Origin: Octopus vulgaris
Lineage: Eukaryota
Direction: 5' to 3'
Assembly (NCBI GenBank): GCA_951406725.2
Contig: OX597830.1
Coordinates: 44,950,001-45,014,000 of the forward strand
Length of the DNA: 64,000 nt
Under the pieces are notes generated by a model, which was given only the letters and a program-made list of their open reading frames with translations, was not told the DNA's origin and made no database searches. The translations under genes were made by a program, and so were the position numbers. Of the stretch, positions 55,901 to 63,966 are shown piece after piece. The stretch's first letter is position 1, and each line of letters opens with the position of its first letter.

Positions 55901-58900
55901 ACACACACATACACACACTATGGGATGATGTGGTGAGGACAGATCTGAAGTTGTGTAATCTCAAGAAAATAACAAACGGCCATACTGGCAGCCAATTTGC
56001 TGTATGTAAGGAAACCCACCCACCTATTCATACCAGGCAAGTGTGTGTCTGTATGTGTGTGTGTGTAAAGTCAAGCCCAGATCATCGGTTTCTATCATCA
56101 CTTCTCTTCCATCTAATAACTCTGTCTCTTATCTTCCACATTCTCCCCTATTACTTGTCTCCGTCTCTGTTATTACATATCCCTTTATCACTCTTCTGTC
56201 ATCCATACGACTGTCACACGCATTTCATGTCTTCACCCTTCATGAGTTCTTACCTCTATTTTCTTCTCCCATCTCTCAATTCTTTTCTCAATCTCATTTT
56301 TCTATGTCAGATCTCTTCTGTTTACCATACAGTGCAGCCAAAGATGCAACTTCACTTATCCGATTACCTACTACTCTTACCAACACTCAATGTGCCATTC
56401 ACTAGTACAGGACCCAACTACTTTCCATTCCTTCATTCACCATCTTTATTGATCAACTTCTCTAGCCCATCTCAAAGTCAGTCAACAGAAAGCAACCTTC
56501 ACCCTCTTCTCCTCTATTATCTGTCATCACCCCATTTTCACCCTGCTACCAAATTTTTGTACCTTCTCTCCTACACATCCTAAATTTCAGTCCTTGATCT
56601 ATCTCCTAAATCATGATGCTTTGTCATCACTGCAACCGCTTGCTCACACTGTTGTCCTGAATATGTATGTATCTCAGAATACTGCATACCGAATCCTTCC
56701 TTTTCTCACCACTCAGTCACCCCTTATCACACAACCTGCTTCTTACAGTCTTTCATTCTTGTCTTCTATGCTGCAAAGTGGCTTGCAAGTAAGCAAAGAC
56801 AAAGGGTTGGTAGCTTCTTTAAGTCATGTCAAGGATATGACTACCTCTCTAATGCTGATGTCATGAAGAATTCACCCAATGCATTATGTAAAGTGGTTGG
56901 TGTTAGGGAGGGCATCAAGCTATAGAAATCAAGCTTCACTACTAATATTTTTACTATAATCATTTCTTAAATATAGCCACAAAACACGTGTCATTCTTCT
57001 ACCAAATATATGTTTTATAATCATTTCTTAAATATAGCCATGGAACACGTGTCGTTATTCTACCAAATATATACGTTTTATTTATTATTTTTGCACATTA
57101 TTTAATCATCATTATATGTTTTATCGTATATTTAATCTTTCTATATGTAATTTTCTAGATGGTATAATTTAATATTTCATTATTGAATTGATAAAAGGTG
57201 TTTTTTTTCTAATTCATATATACACATATAATTTATATATACGATGATGATGATGATGATGATATATATACACATACATATAAATACACACATATATAAT
57301 TGTGCTCTACTACAAAGGTACCAACCAGTATACTGTTGTAAGAACTCAATATACTTATACTTCACAGAACTAGTAATCTCAAGTGGCAAGAATGTGTGAA
57401 GATAACTCTTGTTCACTTGTCATTCATTTATACATAAATTATATATACCTGTTTCTTGCTCAAATTGCTGGTTATAATCCTTTCTCCATTGAACAGAGCC
57501 TCCCCAAGACTTCAGCTTGTTCATTCTATAAGCAACAATCTTATTACCAATGTTCACCAACAAACGAAGCAAAATGCTATCAACTCCAAGCATTTCTACA
57601 AAAGCTGCACATGATGCGGATACTTGGCTTTGACTGAAATACTTAACAGCCAGTTTGGTGGAAATCTGACAAGCATATTGCACTCTAAGGTAGAAAATAA
57701 AAAGTAATAAATTAGAAAATTACTATTTTTAAATCTCACAATGAGAGATATTCAGCAACAATACTTTGCAGTATAGATTGTTTGCCAACATAACATGGCA
57801 GTCCTGGTTTAGGACTAACGTTGCTGTAATTTAGTCCCAGGAGACATCGTCTCCAGCTGGCTATATGATATATGGACACAGATCGTGTTGTACAGCCAGC
57901 TGGCGACGATGTCTCCTGGGGCTAAATTACAGCAACATTAGTCCTAAACCAGGACTACCGTGTTATGTTGGCAAACAATCTTTACTGCAAATAATAATAA
58001 AACATAGCATTCATAAATATAAAAAAAAAAGAGTTAAAGGAGTATTCAAAATTAATTTGAGATTATTCTGATCACAAAGACTGGATAGAATCATATATTC
58101 ACTCTTTGTGTATACGCAGAGCAATTTGTACTGCTGCTAATTTCTTTGTACTCTACAGCAGATAGTATTAAAAATGAAGGTGCTCATGAAACCTTTACTT
58201 TAGAAGTAACACATTATAAAATGAACTGTTGTTTCTGTTGTAATAATGATTAAATGATGTGACGATAACAAAGATACTAATGAAAAACTGATCATAGTAA
58301 ATTAGATGGATGTCTGATAAACTACTGGCTCACTGAAGTATCAGTGAAAAGCTTCATCAGCATGTGGTGTAGACAAGTCATGTTGGTAAAACCCACCTGT
58401 CTAAGTTTTGCCATGAAAGTACCTGGGTTCACTAGCTCAATCTATTGAATGAAACCTGTACCCTAAATATCTGAAATGTTTCATTATGTTTCTGGAGCTA
58501 ATTTTACTGTCTTCAGAGATAAAAAGCAAAGTTACCTCAAGTAGAATTTTTAAATTCAGAAATGTAAAGCACCAAAATGAATAGACTCAGACCCTCCCCT
58601 CTACCATGCACATCTACTATTCTGGCAGATTAATGCAGTCCTAATAAAACTTGTAGAATTTAATAAGTTTGTCTTCTGCAAGGAACTATGAAGTCTAACA
58701 TTTTGAGTAAGATATTTTATTAGAGAATAAGTGCAATGGATGCTTGTGAAAAATACCGAAGTGTAAGAAATATAAAAAAATTATTGGTGAGTTAACCAGG
58801 CAGATCAGTTGATAGTAGGAAACAATAACAAGGTGATAAAAAGAAAGAACAGGAGAAGAATGAGGCAAAGGATAAGGGTTAGATAAATTGCTGTATACAA

Positions 58901-60042
58901 ACATTCAGGCAAAACAAGAGTCACAATGTATGCACATACATGTGTATGTAGGCACTCCCACATGAACATATGCCCAAGCATGGAGAGAATAAAGGATTAA
59001 AATGATTAAGATACAGAATATTAAGTATACATTAAAAAATAAGCGCATATGCACCAAAAGTATATGTGCAAATATTGTACACACAAAGGTATGTACACAC
59101 ATTACATGAATATGAGTGAAGGGAGGAGATAGTTTGAGAGAGGACATTTCACAAAAGTGTATAATTTTTAAAAAATCCTAAACAGATACATCTATGTTCA
59201 ACTGCATTCACTCAGTGTTTCAAAAGATATCAAGTTAACTGAAGCCCTGAGATTAGAAAAGAAATAAAAATTATAAAGGAAAAGTGTCTGTTGCTGTTTA
59301 GACACAAGTCAGCTCTGATTGAGAATACCTAAGATTAAAAAATTTTCAATTGCAACCATCCTGTTTTTGCAAAATGTACATTATCCAACATTACAAAGAT
59401 ACACTACATTATCCAAAGTGTTTTTTTCCTAAGGAGGTTCAGTATGATTTGAAAGGAATCTAGCTACTATTTCTAGAAGGTTGAATTACTATGTTGTGGC
59501 TCCCTTGTTAATTTATGGAAGAAATGGTTGTTGATGCTAGTAGAAGTCATGTTGCTTATTTTTGGTTTATAAGAAAATAAATTGTTGTATGGTTCTAACA
59601 TAACAAATTATTATAAGCTTCCTGACAATTTTTAGTTTCTATCTACTGGAACTCTATAATCCCAAACTAGGAAAGCATCAGTCCATAAACTTGTCAGAAC
59701 TTGACTTTCTTTTGTAAGCTACCAAATATTTAGATATTCTATTGGTAGATTATTACACAGATTCCCCAGTTACTTAATGGCAGCTAATTAGGCTGAATGA
59801 AAGAGAGCTCTAGGATAGAGTTCTACACAAGTGATACATGGAAAATTAAATGAAAGCATTTCAAAGTGTTTACCTATGTTGAGCAATAACAGTGCCATGG
59901 TTGAATTCATCAGTTAAGAAAGAGCAGAAAGCAAATGTAGGTCTTCCTTGCCGCAGATAATATGTAAAGTCAATATCTTCATGTTGAGCATATTTAGAAA
60001 CAAGCTCAGGTAAAGAGAAGTGAGGCATCACTTTCAAATTTT
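1443..60042 (-). CDS. SPG11: Spatacsin (SPG11), partial multi-exon gene: 25 exons, 3731 nt, ~1243 aa, lacking the 5' exons and terminal exon(s)
   Basis: Manually spliced exons (listed below) all have AG/GT boundaries with matching phases and no in-frame stop. Peptides such as [60 protein letters not shown] and [31 protein letters not shown] match human spatacsin motifs as I recall them ([73 protein letters not shown]) in the same order. Confidence 0.96.
1877..1953 (-). CDS. SPG11: SPG11 exon ([25 protein letters not shown])
   Basis: tgcag/gtggtt, 77 nt; resembles LLLKALTLMLDAAESYAK. Confidence 0.92.
2268..3845 (-). mobile_element. 5'-truncated, decayed CR1-like LINE (RT and C-terminus)
   Basis: Fragments [51 protein letters not shown]; stops and frameshifts; same family as 9667-11810. 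Confidence 0.92.
4127..4394. mobile_element. hAT-type MITE (268 bp)
   Basis: Imperfect TIRs cagggatgtggagtc / gactgcacaaccctg; exact 8-bp TSD gtaaaaac at 4119-4126 and 4395-4402. Confidence 0.85.
4617..4785 (-). CDS. SPG11: SPG11 exon ([56 protein letters not shown])
   Basis: accag/gtaaat, 169 nt; strong spatacsin match. Confidence 0.96.
6163..6205 (-). ncRNA. Minimal type-I hammerhead-like motif lacking the NUH cleavage triplet, within a ~160-bp repeat
   Basis: Minus strand reads gacac-CTGATGA-a-ggctg(10 nt)cagcc-GAAAC-gtgtt; stem I gacac/gtgtt and stem II ggctg/cagcc. Confidence 0.6.
6463..6570 (-). CDS. SPG11: SPG11 exon ([36 protein letters not shown])
   Basis: tatag/gtaatt, 108 nt; near-identical to human [32 protein letters not shown]. 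Confidence 0.97.
6665..7090 (-). mobile_element. R4/Dong-like non-LTR retrotransposon 3' fragment (restriction-like endonuclease region)
   Basis: [50 protein letters not shown]. Confidence 0.8.
7265..7790. repeat. Interspersed repeat bounded by (ATT)n tracts, family not assigned
   Basis: GC-richer block between (att)n runs; recognised as a dispersed repeat by recall only. Confidence 0.45.
8860..9264 (+). mobile_element. Old CR1/Jockey-group LINE RT N-terminal fragment
   Basis: [49 protein letters not shown]. Confidence 0.75.
9265..9660 (-). mobile_element. 3'-end fragment of the PHD-RTE LINE family, with (GAT)n tail
   Basis: Reverse complement of the 47900-48298 terminus (ggaagggcatccagctgtagaaac...ccaacccatgctagcatgg..ggacgttaaacgatgatg). 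Confidence 0.88.
9667..11810 (-). mobile_element. CR1-like LINE, 5'-truncated, frameshifted ORF2, (ATT)n tail
   Basis: 333-aa ORF ([23 protein letters not shown]), [52 protein letters not shown]. Confidence 0.96.
12280..12422 (-). CDS. SPG11: SPG11 exon ([47 protein letters not shown])
   Basis: tacag/gtaaga, 143 nt; Spatacsin C-terminal domain signature. Confidence 0.96.
13369..14883 (-). mobile_element. 5'-truncated PHD-RTE LINE copy (RT C-terminal half, 3'UTR tandem units, (GAT)n tail)
   Basis: Colinear with 46825-48298; [28 protein letters not shown]. Confidence 0.93.
14994..15152 (-). CDS. SPG11: SPG11 exon ([52 protein letters not shown])
   Basis: aacag/gtaaat, 159 nt; resembles MFNP...LCQDRTLVGMKLLD. 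Confidence 0.92.
16485..16665 (+). mobile_element. tRNA-derived SINE (related copies at ~2125-2250, 7090-7255, 49815-49980, 53715-53917, 41150-41270)
   Basis: Shared agctggcagaa..ttagca..gagttcaaattc (B-box-like)..actttgcctttcatcctt..gtcgataaa core, repeated in the window in both orientations. Confidence 0.8.
16948..17017 (-). CDS. SPG11: SPG11 exon ([23 protein letters not shown])
   Basis: tttcag/gtaagt, 70 nt; supplies the required phase change; resembles VAELVAEEVTRELL. Confidence 0.87.
18047..18790 (+). mobile_element. CR1-like LINE 3' fragment (same family as 9667-11810, opposite strand)
   Basis: [48 protein letters not shown]; identical 3'UTR end. Confidence 0.93.
20898..21035 (-). 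CDS. SPG11: SPG11 exon ([46 protein letters not shown])
   Basis: tatag/gtaagg, 138 nt, phase 0-0. Confidence 0.9.
21322..21470 (-). CDS. SPG11: SPG11 exon ([49 protein letters not shown])
   Basis: tacag/gtaagt, 149 nt; resembles LEVLTSKCLHGKNYCRQVL. Confidence 0.92.
21735..23360 (+). mobile_element. PHD-RTE LINE 3' portion followed by two further 3'UTR/tail copies
   Basis: [37 protein letters not shown]; three consecutive ggaagggcatcc..ccaacccatg termini. Confidence 0.88.
23600..23978 (-). mobile_element. tRNA-derived SINE, second family (related copies ~36470-36830, 44585-44990, 17707-17835)
   Basis: tRNA-like head (ggttccggattcagtccc), central (CA)n, shared gcagccatactggg/tttcagtttcc blocks. 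Confidence 0.75.
24107..24263 (-). CDS. SPG11: SPG11 exon ([31 protein letters not shown]...RLSN)
   Basis: tttag acceptor, gttggt donor chosen for phase, 157 nt; resembles HCRALASGEASMEDLHPEIHALLQSA. Confidence 0.88.
24465..24655 (-). mobile_element. Short, young 3'-end copy of the PHD-RTE LINE
   Basis: CpG-rich, (CAT)n start, matches the family terminus. Confidence 0.88.
25192..25308 (-). CDS. SPG11: SPG11 exon ([39 protein letters not shown])
   Basis: tgcag/gtaaat, 117 nt; resembles EQESLNFLIGRLLDDG..ASRVCRYFHFYNPDVALVL. Confidence 0.94.
25502..25657 (-). CDS. SPG11: SPG11 exon ([52 protein letters not shown])
   Basis: tttcag acceptor; the gtaggt donor was chosen because the next exon needs phase 0; 156 nt; weakly conserved. 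Confidence 0.8.
26420..28335 (-). mobile_element. RTE (BovB-like) LINE, 5'-truncated and decayed, with C-terminal C2H2 zinc fingers
   Basis: [85 protein letters not shown]. Confidence 0.94.
28338..29197. repeat. Compound (TA)n/(TACA)n/(CA)n microsatellite blocks (28338-28574 and 28830-29197)
   Basis: Direct inspection. Confidence 0.97.
28575..28824 (-). repeat. Local duplicate of RTE segment 27485-27735, sandwiched between compound (TA/CA) microsatellites
   Basis: ~250 bp with only a handful of differences. Confidence 0.95.
29223..29258 (+). ncRNA. Minimal type-I hammerhead-like motif (A6U core variant)
   Basis: cttt-CTGTAGA-a-gagc(gtag)gctc-GAAAC-GTA-aaag; palindromic ACGT stem III. Confidence 0.6.
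29525..29559 (-). ncRNA. Decayed minimal hammerhead-like motif
   Basis: Minus strand reads attt-CTGACGA-a-gagc(tcc)gctc-AAAAT-GTG-aaat; GAAAC appears mutated by CpG-type transitions. Confidence 0.5.
29815..31420 (-). mobile_element. 5' half (APE endonuclease + linker) of a decayed RTE LINE related to 45225-48298
   Basis: [61 protein letters not shown]. Confidence 0.92.
31941..32126 (-). CDS. SPG11: SPG11 exon ([23 protein letters not shown]...[15 protein letters not shown])
   Basis: cttag/gtgagt, 186 nt; resembles KQIWLCRI. Confidence 0.9.
32298..33170 (-). mobile_element. PHD-RTE 3'UTR copy with expanded and internally duplicated tandem units
   Basis: Repeated ttttatgtgccaccgacacaggtgccagacgaggctggc..cggatggt units; (CAT)n start. 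Confidence 0.9.
33196..34100 (+). mobile_element. Internally deleted mariner-like element
   Basis: TIRs atcaaaaagttcctggact / agtccaggaactatttgat, TA flanks; remnants [47 protein letters not shown]. Confidence 0.9.
34916..35053 (-). CDS. SPG11: SPG11 exon ([46 protein letters not shown])
   Basis: cttag/gtaatt, 138 nt; resembles W..QARIDFWKKCHENF. Confidence 0.92.
35240..35768 (-). mobile_element. PHD-RTE 3'UTR copy with tandem units
   Basis: Family terminus plus about 6 diverged aacgatcacgctcgaatggt units. Confidence 0.87.
35912..36126 (-). CDS. SPG11: SPG11 exon ([18 protein letters not shown]...[24 protein letters not shown])
   Basis: aacag/gtaatt, 215 nt; resembles FALARRVAELAELPVDNLVIKE. 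Confidence 0.9.
36861..37533 (+). mobile_element. ~670-bp non-coding insertion with promoter motifs and hammerhead motif (Penelope pLTR / retrozyme-like), flanked by a long direct duplication
   Basis: Flanks 36769-36860 and 37569-37660 are identical except one base, each preceded by (TA)n; CCAAT boxes at 37152, 37165 and 37202 (reverse); TATTTATA at 37254; hammerhead motif at 37325. Confidence 0.7.
37325..37369 (+). ncRNA. Minimal type-I hammerhead ribozyme motif (U4C variant)
   Basis: tgaac-CCGAAGA-ttgca(gaattcaa)tgcat-GAAA-gtac-TA-gttca; 5-bp stem I, palindromic AGTACT stem III, CUA site. Confidence 0.72.
38820..39018 (-). CDS. SPG11: SPG11 exon ([37 protein letters not shown]...FTYQP)
   Basis: poly-T tract + tgtag acceptor, gtaaat donor, 199 nt, phase-consistent. 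Confidence 0.88.
39659..39784 (+). ncRNA. Type-I hammerhead ribozyme with canonical core and ~99-nt extended stem II
   Basis: atct-CTGAAGA-ggcc...ggct-GAAAC-agct-GTA-agat; stem II continues ttgggatat/atatctaca and has an 11-bp inner helix 39690-39700/39743-39753; palindromic ACAGCTGT stem III. Confidence 0.8.
40365..40600 (+). mobile_element. Decayed R4/Dong-like LINE C-terminal fragment
   Basis: [35 protein letters not shown]; resembles 6665-7090. Confidence 0.55.
41910..42020 (-). CDS. SPG11: SPG11 exon ([37 protein letters not shown])
   Basis: tacag/gtaagt, 111 nt; resembles DSPLL..NYKEAEAKLLEF. Confidence 0.91.
42673..42867 (-). CDS. SPG11: SPG11 exon ([16 protein letters not shown]...[13 protein letters not shown]...GFAIFQT)
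   Basis: tgtag/gtaagt, 195 nt; resembles ISCLCVWII..WNLEDL..GFQLF. Confidence 0.93.
43050..43257. repeat. Fold-back of two LINE-terminus copies (arms 43050-43146 and 43161-43257)
   Basis: ~97-bp inverted arms with scattered mismatches and a 14-nt spacer. Confidence 0.92.
44386..44534 (-). CDS. SPG11: SPG11 exon ([49 protein letters not shown])
   Basis: tttcag/gtgagt, 149 nt; resembles DLFEILL..W..LL...PILSVLASC. Confidence 0.91.
45225..48298 (+). mobile_element. RTE-clade LINE, 5'-truncated in the APE domain; RT ORF 46186-47760 still open; 3'UTR tandem units; (GAT)n tail
   Basis: [10 protein letters not shown] (APE), [57 protein letters not shown]; one stop at ~45563 and a frameshift near 46160. 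Confidence 0.96.
48475..48549 (-). CDS. SPG11: SPG11 small acidic exon ([24 protein letters not shown])
   Basis: ttttag/gtaaga, 75 nt, phase 1-1, open frame; no recognisable homology, so supported by splice signals only. Confidence 0.7.
49575..49770 (-). CDS. SPG11: SPG11 exon ([25 protein letters not shown]...GVASDT)
   Basis: tttcag/gttagt, 196 nt, open frame; resembles FSPVIQDHLRLAF. Confidence 0.87.
50240..52260 (+). mobile_element. Heavily decayed RTE fragments interrupted by a tRNA-SINE (~51572-51900)
   Basis: [40 protein letters not shown]. Confidence 0.7.
51982..52124. repeat. Tandem duplication, 73-bp period, two copies
   Basis: gcaataagaacta(g/a)gaagacacaggaaat...ccccagaagttgttg occurs twice. 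Confidence 0.95.
53488..53702. mobile_element. piggyBac-like MITE
   Basis: Imperfect TIRs (t)cctttcgttacc / ggtttcgaaaggg; flanks ttga / ttaa. Confidence 0.6.
54544..54703 (-). CDS. SPG11: SPG11 exon ([53 protein letters not shown])
   Basis: ttag/gtaaac, 160 nt; resembles YLRECAKANDWLQFIIHSQLHNY. Confidence 0.93.
54793..54901 (-). CDS. SPG11: SPG11 exon ([35 protein letters not shown])
   Basis: ttag/gtaagt, 109 nt, phase-consistent; resembles EELLVLLEEGT. Confidence 0.88.
56955..57080. repeat. Tandem duplication, 61-bp period, each unit with palindromic ACACGTGT
   Basis: tataatcatttcttaaatatagcca..aacacgtgtc..ttctaccaaatatat occurs twice. Confidence 0.92.
57449..57684 (-). CDS. SPG11: SPG11 exon ([49 protein letters not shown]...FEQET)
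   Basis: ttag/gtatat, 236 nt, phase-consistent; resembles human AACVCFLELLGLDSLKLRV. Confidence 0.92.
57765..57991. repeat. ~227-bp fold-back element (~100-bp imperfect arms, short loop)
   Basis: tttgcagt.tagattgtttgccaacataaca...ccagctggct / agccagctgg...tgttatgttggcaaacaatct.tactgcaaa. Confidence 0.94.
59874..60042 (-). CDS. SPG11: SPG11 exon ([55 protein letters not shown])
   Basis: tgcag acceptor, gtaaac donor, 169 nt, strong spatacsin motif. Confidence 0.93.
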
Positions 60043-61559
60043 CTGCAAGAAGAAATCAAAATCAAGTGTAAGTATAACTGTATCGGGAAATCTGTCTCAA
60101 AAGAAGCTAGAATTAAGACAGGAGAAATATTTTGTATAAAGTTTGAAAATTAAAGACAATACCCACTTCCACTTCAATTTGTTCTTGTACATGCTAGATG
60201 AATTGAGGAACTTTGTTCATAAGGACATTAAATTTGTAAATGACAATAATATTTGGATTGATTAAAATTAGAAAGAACAAATTTGGAAATAGGAAGGAAA
60301 AATCAAAATCTTGAATTTTATGCAACTCTCAGTTTTTACTCCTGTTCATAGGAAGACATATACAAGGAACAAAAGAAACTGAATAGATTTTATATTGAAG
60401 AAAATTCTAGTTTAAGTCAATAATTTAATAAAAATTAATTTCTGAGCATAGTCACTGAAATAGTTAGCAAAAAGGTAAACAAAAATAATAATGGAGTCAA
60501 TTCAAAGAGATGTTTCACAACTATTTTATTTCTGATATCAAGGATCCTCTCACTGAAAAGACACCTAATTTCGATTTGAAAATCTGGTAAAAAGAACTTA
60601 AAAGTAGGGCCTCAACACTTTCACTTGGTTTACCAAAATGTTTAGTTAAAGGTTTAGTGATATGTAAATCCTATTGTTCATTTAGAGTCTGCATGTTTTC
60701 CTTTCAGTAAAAGGAAAACCTGGGCTGAAAAGTTTGTGTGTGTGTGAAAGTATAGTGACATGCAAAGTTTAGCATTGATAATCTTCTCCTAGCTTGTGAA
60801 ACTGTAACTTTTGGTCTCTATGTTTTTGGAGCATATTTTAGGAAATAAAGATCATCCACACCAGTGAGAAAAAATACTGTTAATTAGCTGAGTACATTAA
60901 TTAGTTCAGTAAGTTACATGTATTTATATCAACATTATTATTTCAATATCCACTTTTCTGTGTATGAATGGGTCTGATGGAATTTATTAAGGTAGCACTT
61001 CTATGGCAGGAAGCCCTTCCTGTTGCTAACTTTTACCTGTTTCCAAGCAAGATAATATTTTGATATGGCCACATGTGTTTCCATGGAACATTGGAAATGA
61101 ATGACATAGCTTGCAAGGCACTGATGTTCATTTTCATCTATCACTCAAAGTCAAAGGAAGGAAATGCTTTCTGTCTTATCTTTTACCATTTTCTGAAGAG
61201 CTTCTTTGCTGACATGGGTTGGACAGTTTTAAAGAACATGCTAATTATATATTAAAAAAATTTTAATCTAAGCAGTTTTTTTTATAAGTAGTGAATATAT
61301 CAGCATAATAGCTTTATATAAGCTGAGCATGAAATTTATAGAGATACAAGACTTCGAATAATTTTATAAATAAATAAAAAAAAAGCTAGTTATAAAATAA
61401 AATAATCAAGGGCAGAACACAATAGAAAAGGAATAAAATGGTTTAATTACTAATACTATGGTAAAGTATATTTAGCTTGTCAACACCAATAGAGAAGATT
61501 TTTTTAGAAAAAAGTATAATAATTCAAAATATATTGGACTAAAAACTATATTTACTTAG

Positions 61560-61727
61560 TAATAATTAATATTACTATTTTCATTTTGGGGGTTTAAGTT
61601 ATAGCTGACAGGACTATTACTATCATTATTAATATAATTATTATTATTGCTATTGTTATTCTTATTTTTATTATTATTGTTAATGTTACTATTGTTATTA
61701 TTATTATTATTGTTAATGTTACTATTA

Positions 61728-61767
<40 letters not shown>

Positions 61768-62160
61768 TAGTTTCAACATTTCTGGCCAATCTTATATTCT
61801 TCCTATTTAATCTAGCTATGATGGTACTTATATTGGGGAGAGTAGAGTATGAGAATCTGTCTTACATGAAAAGATTCCATTATATCTGTGGGAAGTAGAG
61901 AAGTTTTTTTCTAAAATAGCCATAAATTTACTATATTTGTTTGTGGATATTCCACAGTTGAATGGGATAGTGCACCATACGAGATTTTTACCTTTAAATT
62001 TTTTATGTAAGTAAGGGTGGGATAAATTTGTGCTTGCCCTGCTCCCTAGAATTGTGCCATGATTAATAGTTTTGTATATATTTCTACTGGGTCCTTTATC
62101 TGGAGGAGTAACCATTTCTTTTTCTTTCTCACCTATTTTATTTAACCCGAGTTTTTTACA
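61560..62160 (-). mobile_element. Penelope-like element fragment (linker between RT and GIY-YIG), with poly-Asn (AAT)n expansion
   Basis: KNLVWCTIPFNCGISTNKYSKFMAILEKNFSTSHRYNGIFS, frameshift, RFSYSTLPNISTIIARLNRKNI; resembles the PLE consensus IIWFNPPY..TNIG..F..L..KHFP..H....IFN...KISYS..PNI..II..HN as I recall it. Confidence 0.75.
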
Positions 62161-62163
62161 CTT

Positions 62164-62420
62164 GTGCATAAACTTATCATGAAGTGCATTGAGGCAAATA
62201 TTCGTACTGGTTGTGGTAAAGGTGAGACTGTTTTCATTCCTCACATACCAGTTATACCATATAATGTCCCATTCCAATTTAAGTGGTTACAGTTTCCTAT
62301 CCAAGTTTCTTTTGCCATGAGCATTAATAAAAGTCAGGGCCAAATACTAAAACTTGCTGGATTGCAACTTGAACAACCATGCTTTTCACAAGGTCAACTT
62401 TATGCACTCCAAAATAAAAT
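62164..62420 (+). mobile_element. Helitron PIF1-like helicase C-terminal fragment
   Basis: GKGETVFIPHIP..PFQFKWLQFPIQVSFAMSINKSQGQ..AGLQLEQPCFSQGQLY. Confidence 0.9.
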
Positions 62421-62715
62421 AAAAAACATTGCTTATAAAAAAATATTCACTCTTAATACAACATGAATACTTCAATAACTTAATTTACCATTGCTATCAT
62501 TACATTCAAGAATGAGTGAATTATCTCTTTAAATGAATTGTATTATATATTTGCCATTACTGTATTGATAAATAAAATAACACATACTACTCACTAGTTA
62601 TTATCATATAATAAACAAACAGAAGTTCATGTATGAAATTATCTTTTTTCTACTTCACTTATTACATATTTTTCTCTTATAAAAATACACACATACAGGA
62701 GGAGTAAATTGTATA

Positions 62716-63966
62716 CAGGGTCTGTAAGATATTTGAGGACATATCTTTTTGGGGTCATTGCTGCATTTTTTTGCTAAATCTGTATAATCTTTGTTTCAGA
62801 AAATAATAATGGCAGACCCTCAGCTTACTCAATAAATGAAGAGGCATGCTGTTATTGTGGTTATAAAGGCTGAGCATAGTGATTTAGAAATATCTCGATT
62901 TTTAAAAATTGCCAGATCTTTTGTCTACAAAGTTTGTAAGGAGCTAGAGACTGAAAATGGAAACATATCATCAGCACCAAAGCATAAAAAACATTCTAAA
63001 TGCTCTGAAATCATCAGAACACCTGAACCTACCCAGCAAGTTCAACAGAACTTTGATTACAATCACAGAATGTCCATGAGGTCAGTTGCAAAAGATCTTC
63101 ATGTGCCACAAGGAAAAGTCAGAAATGCTGTCTACGAAGATTTCAGATATAAGTCTTATATGATGAGGAAAGGTCAATTTATCAGAAAAAGCAAAAGAAA
63201 ATCACTACATCAGATCTAAAAGGCTTTTAAACAAACTGAAAAATCCAGCAGATTGGATTTGGTTTTTCTCGAGCGAGAAAAACTTTGACCAAGATCAAAA
63301 AGTTAACAGAATAAATGACAGATGGTTATGTGCAGCTTCTTCTAAAGTTCCAAGTGTTATGCATACAAAATTTCCTGCACCTGTCATGGTTTTAGGAGTT
63401 GTCAGCAATGAAGGACATGTGATGCCTCCTTACTTCTTTCCACAAGGCCTTAGAGTTAACTCTGCCACCTACATTGAGATCCTGGAAAAAAAATTTAAGC
63501 CCTGGATAGACAGTGTATGCATATGTGCTTCAGTAAGACTCTGCACTATCACAGATGACTCTAGTAACACAAAAATGGATGGCTGAAAATTTTCATGATC
63601 ATGTAACCCCTAACATTTGGCCTCCTAATTCCCCAGATCTGAATCCATTTGACTATTACATGTGGAGTGTTGTTGAGAGAGAGGTCAATGAACAGGCCCA
63701 TAACACCAAAGATTCTTTGAAAGCTGCCATAGTCACAGTAATTTCCAAAATGAACCAGGACCACTTGATTCAAGCATGTAGATGATTTAGATTTTATATA
63801 GAAGCAGTTGTTGAAGCTGAAGGTAGCTTTATTGAATAACATTATAGAAAAGGTCTACTTTTATCCTCATAGCATTTTTTGATAAATAAAGTTATCTGTT
63901 ATTATATATATGTTTTTTGTTTTTTTTATAAACATAAATCTGTCCTCAAATATCTTATGCACCCTG
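62716..63966 (+). mobile_element. Full-length but decayed Tc1/mariner-superfamily transposon, DD37D (maT) family
   Basis: TIRs cagggt..taagatatttgaggaca / tgtcctcaaatatctta..accctg; TA TSDs at 62714-15 and 63967-68; DSALS...WPPNSPDLNPFD has 37 residues between the catalytic Asp residues; stops and frameshifts. Confidence 0.94.

Noticed and set aside
55930-56583. 217-aa plus-strand ORF
   Set aside because: Pyrimidine-rich low-complexity sequence that avoids stops by composition; no recognisable domain or splice structure.
58353-58360. Other isolated CTGANGA cores (also ~38463, ~61193, ~17289)
   Set aside because: No correctly placed GAAA, stem III or stem I partner.
61828-62277. 149-aa ORF as a novel gene
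   Set aside because: Chimera of antisense Helitron sequence and a frameshifted Penelope-like fragment.
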